Of a stretch of 64,000 nt of DNA, positions 63,061 through 64,000 are shown piece by piece. The notes under the pieces were generated by a model. That model was not told the DNA's origin. It saw only the letters and a list, made by a program, of their open reading frames with translations, and searched no databases. Origin of the DNA: Phoronis australis (Eukaryota > Animalia > Phoronida); the NCBI GenBank assembly GCA_002633005.1, contig NMRA01000421.1:10574-74573 (forward strand), read 5' to 3'. A program made the translations under genes and the position numbers. The stretch's first letter is position 1. Every line of letters begins with the position of its first letter.

Positions 63061-64000
63061 CACTAGTTGATATAACCTTTTTATTTTTTAATGTTTGTTG
63101 TGAAATCTTCAGTACAATGATTATAAATTGCCCAGAAAGCGCCAAGAGGCATTATTTATGGGTTAAATAAATACAAACAAATCTATATACAATAATTATA
63201 CACAAATACATAAATTAAAAAACTGATGTTAAGATTACAATGATTACGAATGTAAGTAAATCATTTTCATACACAATAAGTTATTTTACATGTATACAAT
63301 TCCATCCACTCGCACAGAGAGGTTTAATATTAAAAGGAAATTTTGATACTATTTCAAATAAAGCCTTATTTTCATTTGAGTTGAGTTCTTGACATCCATA
63401 TACAAAAAATTAATTTTGTTATGCATTTAAGAATATTAGAATATTTATTGTAAACATTGGGGTATTGTTCGAGTGTCTGGAAAAGGTGTGCCCTCTGCTC
63501 CCTGCATACCTCGCAAGCAAAGGAAACATGAGCATTTGCCCGAGTGTCTACACACTCAGGAACACAGAGGTGAAATATTATCAAAATTATGTTTAAATTA
63601 GACCGCATCTTGTACTGTATATGATTATTTCATGGTTGCGAGGAAGTTAGAATGATGTCAATGGGACTGGCAAGGCTTGATTAGTGATATGCAGTTTAAA
63701 GTTATTTTTGAGAGTGACGATTGAAGTGCTTTCTTTTATTTTGGATGTTAAACAGTACACACCATGGATTTTTGCACATTTCGAATTACCGGTGGCCACA
63801 GACTAAATGTATGACGTAAAATTTAGCCAAATCCATGATTATTTTGTGTCATTAGCTCGAAATTTTGATTTCTCTTTCAATTTTGCCAATTTCCACATTT
63901 CCCGCCATGTGACATCATGGGTTGAACACAAGAGATCAGCGACTAGCATTGAACAACGGCGTAGAGTAGGGAATTTGAAAGCGACAACGATTATGAGCAA

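Overview
AT-rich, repeat-dense eukaryotic (animal, probably marine invertebrate) genomic window; no prokaryotic operons, CRISPR, rRNA or intact tRNA were seen. Real genes: a two-coding-exon SLC35D3-like nucleotide-sugar transporter (16349-16862 + 18308-18885) and, on the same strand, an intronless chondroitin-sulfate N-acetylgalactosaminyltransferase (CSGALNACT-like, 31131-32591). A decayed minus-strand signal peptide-CUB-C-type lectin-LDLa receptor gene lies at about 59255-62605. Three apparent tandem duplications (SLC35D exon 2, the CSGALNACT locus, a Tx1/L1 LINE) each restart exactly after an assembly N. They are most likely uncollapsed haplotypes, which exposes empty versus filled transposon sites. 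The rest is transposon debris: pogo/DDE_1-PHD, hAT, Academ-like, THAP and HIRAN fragments, MITEs, Helentron-type HINEs and LINEs. The most interesting non-genic signals are a same-orientation, roughly 150-bp-periodic array of CTCF-like motifs carried by a Helentron-type element on both sides of the transporter gene, and an isolated 73-bp near-perfect palindrome. All calls are by eye; no searches were run.
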